Part shown: positions 33,356 through 35,519 of the stretch, piece by piece
Layout: each line of letters begins with the position of its first letter
Position numbering within the stretch: the first letter of the stretch is position 1
Source: a virus
Taxonomy: Duplodnaviria > Caudoviricetes
IMG/VR virus record: IMGVR_UViG_3300033412_000040
Coordinates: 1-35,519 of that record
Reading direction: 5' to 3' (one strand)
DNA: 35,519 nucleotides
Notes under the pieces: generated by a model
The model's database searches: none
The model's input: the letters and a program-made list of their open reading frames with translations, nothing else
What the model was told of the DNA's origin: nothing
Made by a program: the position numbers and the translations under genes

Positions 33356-34876
33356 TCAGGCGACCATCGTGCGGTGATCGAACATCGGCGCCGTGGTCGC
33401 TGTGGCGCCCTTGGCGGCCATCGCCAGCGCCACCATGCCGTCGATGCGGCCGGAGCTTTTCGCTTTTTCCAACTTCCTATTGCCGGCCGGGTCTGTCACG
33501 ACGGTGGCGTTGGCCGCGCACATCGTCAACACCGGGTGCATGCCGTGGCGCAGCCGCTCCTGCAGTGCCAGCGTCTCCAGCGCGTCGAGCGCCCCCGCCA
33601 TGTCGCGGTAACCCTGGCCGCACTCCTCGAGCGGGAGCTGGTTCACCCCGTGCGCCTGCAATGCCATGCGCAACTCCTCGATGCGCCAGCGGTCGAACAG
33701 GATCGTGCGGAACCGCACCTGATTGCGCAGCGTCGCCAGCCGCGCCGCCAAATAGCCGTAATCGATGCTGACCCCCGGCACCGCCGTCAGGTAGCCCTGC
33801 GTTACCCAAAGATCATATGGCGCCCGGTCGCGCTGCGCACGTTCGTGCAGCGTGTCGGCCGGCGTCCAGAAATGGCACCACACGTTCCAAAAGCCCTTCG
33901 GCTTCTCCGCCAGCAGCACGAGCGCGGTGAGGTCCTGCCGCGCCGACAGATCGAGTCCGCCGTAAACCGGCCCCTGCGCGAACGCCTCCATGTCCGGCTC
34001 GGCGCCATTCGCCGTCCAGACGCCGTGGCTGAACAGCGCCGCGTCGGCCGAGACGCGCTGATTGAGATGGAGATTGCGAAAAGACGCCTCGAAACTCGGC
34101 ATCCGCATCGCCTTCTCGGCGAGCCCCTGAATTTCGACGAAATTCAGAAAATCCCCGAGCGCCGGGTTGGCCGCTTTCCAAGTCTGCGGGTCATCGAGCG
34201 GCGCATCGTCGGGGGCACCGAAGAATATCAGCTTCGTCCTGGTGTCCGCGCCGGTCGCGGCGTAGTCGATGAGTTGCGAGAGCAGGTCGCTACTGGTCGG
34301 CGCCTGGGTCGAAATCACGATGCTGAGCGGCTGCGGATGCGCGCCCATCGCAGTCTCGAGCGCATCGTACAATTCGCTGCGCGGCCCGCGCACCTGACCC
34401 AATTCGTCGTGGACGACCAAGGCGGGCGAGAGGCCATACGCCGTCGAACTCTCCGCCGCCAACGCCCGGTAGCGGACGCCCGTGTAAGGCGAGAACAACT
34501 CCTTGGCGTGCTCGCGGCACACGACCATGTTCGGGTCGCTCAATTCGCGCGACATGCGCACCATCTTACTGGCCAGGTCGTACACCAGCGCCGCCTGTTG
34601 CCGCGATTGCGCCGCCGAATAGACCTGGCTGTTCCGTTGCGATTCCGGCCCGATGACGTGCGCCAGAACCAGCATCGCGCACAGTGCCGTCTTGCCCTGC
34701 TTGCGCGGCATCGTGACGATCGCCTGTCGGGTCGGCGTGTCGTAAATCTGCCGGATGATGTCGCGCTGCCACTCGCGCAGCCGCACCGGCTTGCCGACGT
34801 CGGCGCCCTCAGGCACCACAAGATATTTTTCGCAGAAACGGACGATCCGGTCAGACCGGAGTTCGGCCGCCGGCAT
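33356..34876 (-). CDS. terL: Terminase large subunit
   Basis: LREWQ, Walker A PRKQGKT, Walker B VVHDE, ISTQ, nuclease GGLDLS..DLT and RIDGMVALAMA. Confidence 0.96.
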   Translation of the reverse strand: MPAAELRSDRIVRFCEKYLVVPEGADVGKPVRLREWQRDIIRQIYDTPTRQAIVTMPRKQGKTALCAMLVLAHVIGPESQRNSQVYSAAQSRQQAALVYDLASKMVRMSRELSDPNMVVCREHAKELFSPYTGVRYRALAAESSTAYGLSPALVVHDELGQVRGPRSELYDALETAMGAHPQPLSIVISTQAPTSSDLLSQLIDYAATGADTRTKLIFFGAPDDAPLDDPQTWKAANPALGDFLNFVEIQGLAEKAMRMPSFEASFRNLHLNQRVSADAALFSHGVWTANGAEPDMEAFAQGPVYGGLDLSARQDLTALVLLAEKPKGFWNVWCHFWTPADTLHERAQRDRAPYDLWVTQGYLTAVPGVSIDYGYLAARLATLRNQVRFRTILFDRWRIEELRMALQAHGVNQLPLEECGQGYRDMAGALDALETLALQERLRHGMHPVLTMCAANATVVTDPAGNRKLEKAKSSGRIDGMVALAMAAKGATATTAPMFDHRTMVA

Positions 34877-35048
34877 TCGTCTCGCTTAGCCTGAGGATCG
34901 CGCGGCCATCGTTTATCGTAATCTTCCCCTCGATTAGTAATAACCGCAGGAAATCAAGCAATGCGTCGGGCCTGTTGCAATCGTGAACAGTCCCCCAACC
35001 GGGTGGGCAAGGAGGCGGGCGCGGTCGCGGCAGTGGCCGTTTTGCCAT
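34851..35048 (-). CDS. Hypothetical protein (65 aa)
   Basis: ATG 35048 lies just after the terS stop (MAKRPLPRP...LIEGKITINDGR); fills the terS-terL gap. Confidence 0.45.
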   Translation of the reverse strand: MAKRPLPRPRPPPCPPGWGTVHDCNRPDALLDFLRLLLIEGKITINDGRAILRLSETNAGGRTPV

Positions 35049-35050
35049 GC

Positions 35051-35476
35051 TCACCCAACCACCCGGAAGCGTTCGGCGGCCGGCCCGCCGATCAGCGCGT
35101 CGCCCTGCCCCTCCGGCGCCTTCTCGCCGGCCTTGGCCGCCTGGCGCTCCACCGCGTGCTGCACGCCGAGCCGCAACTGCCGCGCCAACGTCGCCGCCGC
35201 GGTGCATTGCTTGCCCCATTGCGTAACCGCTCTGGCATAACCCGGCGAACCCGTTTTCATCTCCGCCAGATCGGCCGCAACCTTGTTCGCACTGACCAGC
35301 GTCTCGCAATAAAGCCGCAACAACGGCAGCGAACCGGCATCGAACCAATCGCGAGGCTTGGTCGCAACAATCTTGCGCCAAATGACCCTGGCTTCCGCGC
35401 TCATGCCCTTTTGCGGCGATGAAACCGCCCCTACTCGATAAAACGACGCGGCGCGCTCTTCCGGACTGCCTCTCAT
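35051..35476 (-). CDS. terS: Terminase small subunit (P27-like)
   Basis: P..MS.EAR.IW..IV......F......LL..YC and LA.QLRL; upstream of terL. Confidence 0.8.
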   Translation of the reverse strand: MRGSPEERAASFYRVGAVSSPQKGMSAEARVIWRKIVATKPRDWFDAGSLPLLRLYCETLVSANKVAADLAEMKTGSPGYARAVTQWGKQCTAAATLARQLRLGVQHAVERQAAKAGEKAPEGQGDALIGGPAAERFRVVG

Positions 35477-35519
35477 GGGTAACAAACCGCAGGTTGTGTT
35501 AAAATGGGCAAAGCAAATC

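Larger units (their letters stand above)
1..35519. mobile_element. Near-complete HK97-like tailed phage genome, opened near the presumed cos site
   Basis: Packaging, head, tail, recombination, immunity, replication and late-control modules are all present. An HNH gene runs off the left edge and terS sits at the right edge, both on the minus strand. No host housekeeping genes seen. Confidence 0.93.

Noticed and set aside
33128-34894. 588-aa + strand ORF and similar long antisense ORFs (21903-23204, 14089-15069, 27362-28477)
   Set aside because: Shadows of clear minus-strand phage genes, caused by stop-codon scarcity at high GC.
1-35519. Gene transfer agent
   Set aside because: Despite the DUF6456-like gene, the element has its own replication, recombination and immunity modules and an HNH/cos-type packaging set.

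Overview
The window looks like an almost complete ~35.5 kb genome of a GC-rich, HK97-like siphovirus. The DUF6456-like and Cro-like proteins suggest an alphaproteobacterial host. Read on the minus strand from 35519 down to 1, the order is: terS, terL, fused prohead protease/major capsid, portal, head-tail and tail genes, fibres and glycan-binding proteins, a convergent exo/bet pair, a cI/cro switch, two ParB-like genes, VRR-NUC, a PEP-CTERM protein, a DnaB-N/AAA_25 helicase, a DUF6456-like regulator, a C5 methyltransferase, a late promoter with a structured leader, and an HNH gene cut by the window edge. HNH normally precedes cos and terS, so probably only a short stretch is missing. I recognise no integrase, ParA or endolysin. 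The main leads are: (1) a chromosomal-type parS-like site directly upstream of two tandem ParB-fold genes in this integrase-less, repressor-bearing phage; (2) a tail tube protein that appears circularly permuted; (3) a phage-encoded PEP-CTERM surface protein with no exosortase; (4) a late leader with twin hairpin repeats and overlapping T-loop and terminator hairpins; (5) two clusters of iteron-like repeats and a GGGA-N6-TCCC operator candidate. All family assignments come from motif recognition by eye; no database searches were run.
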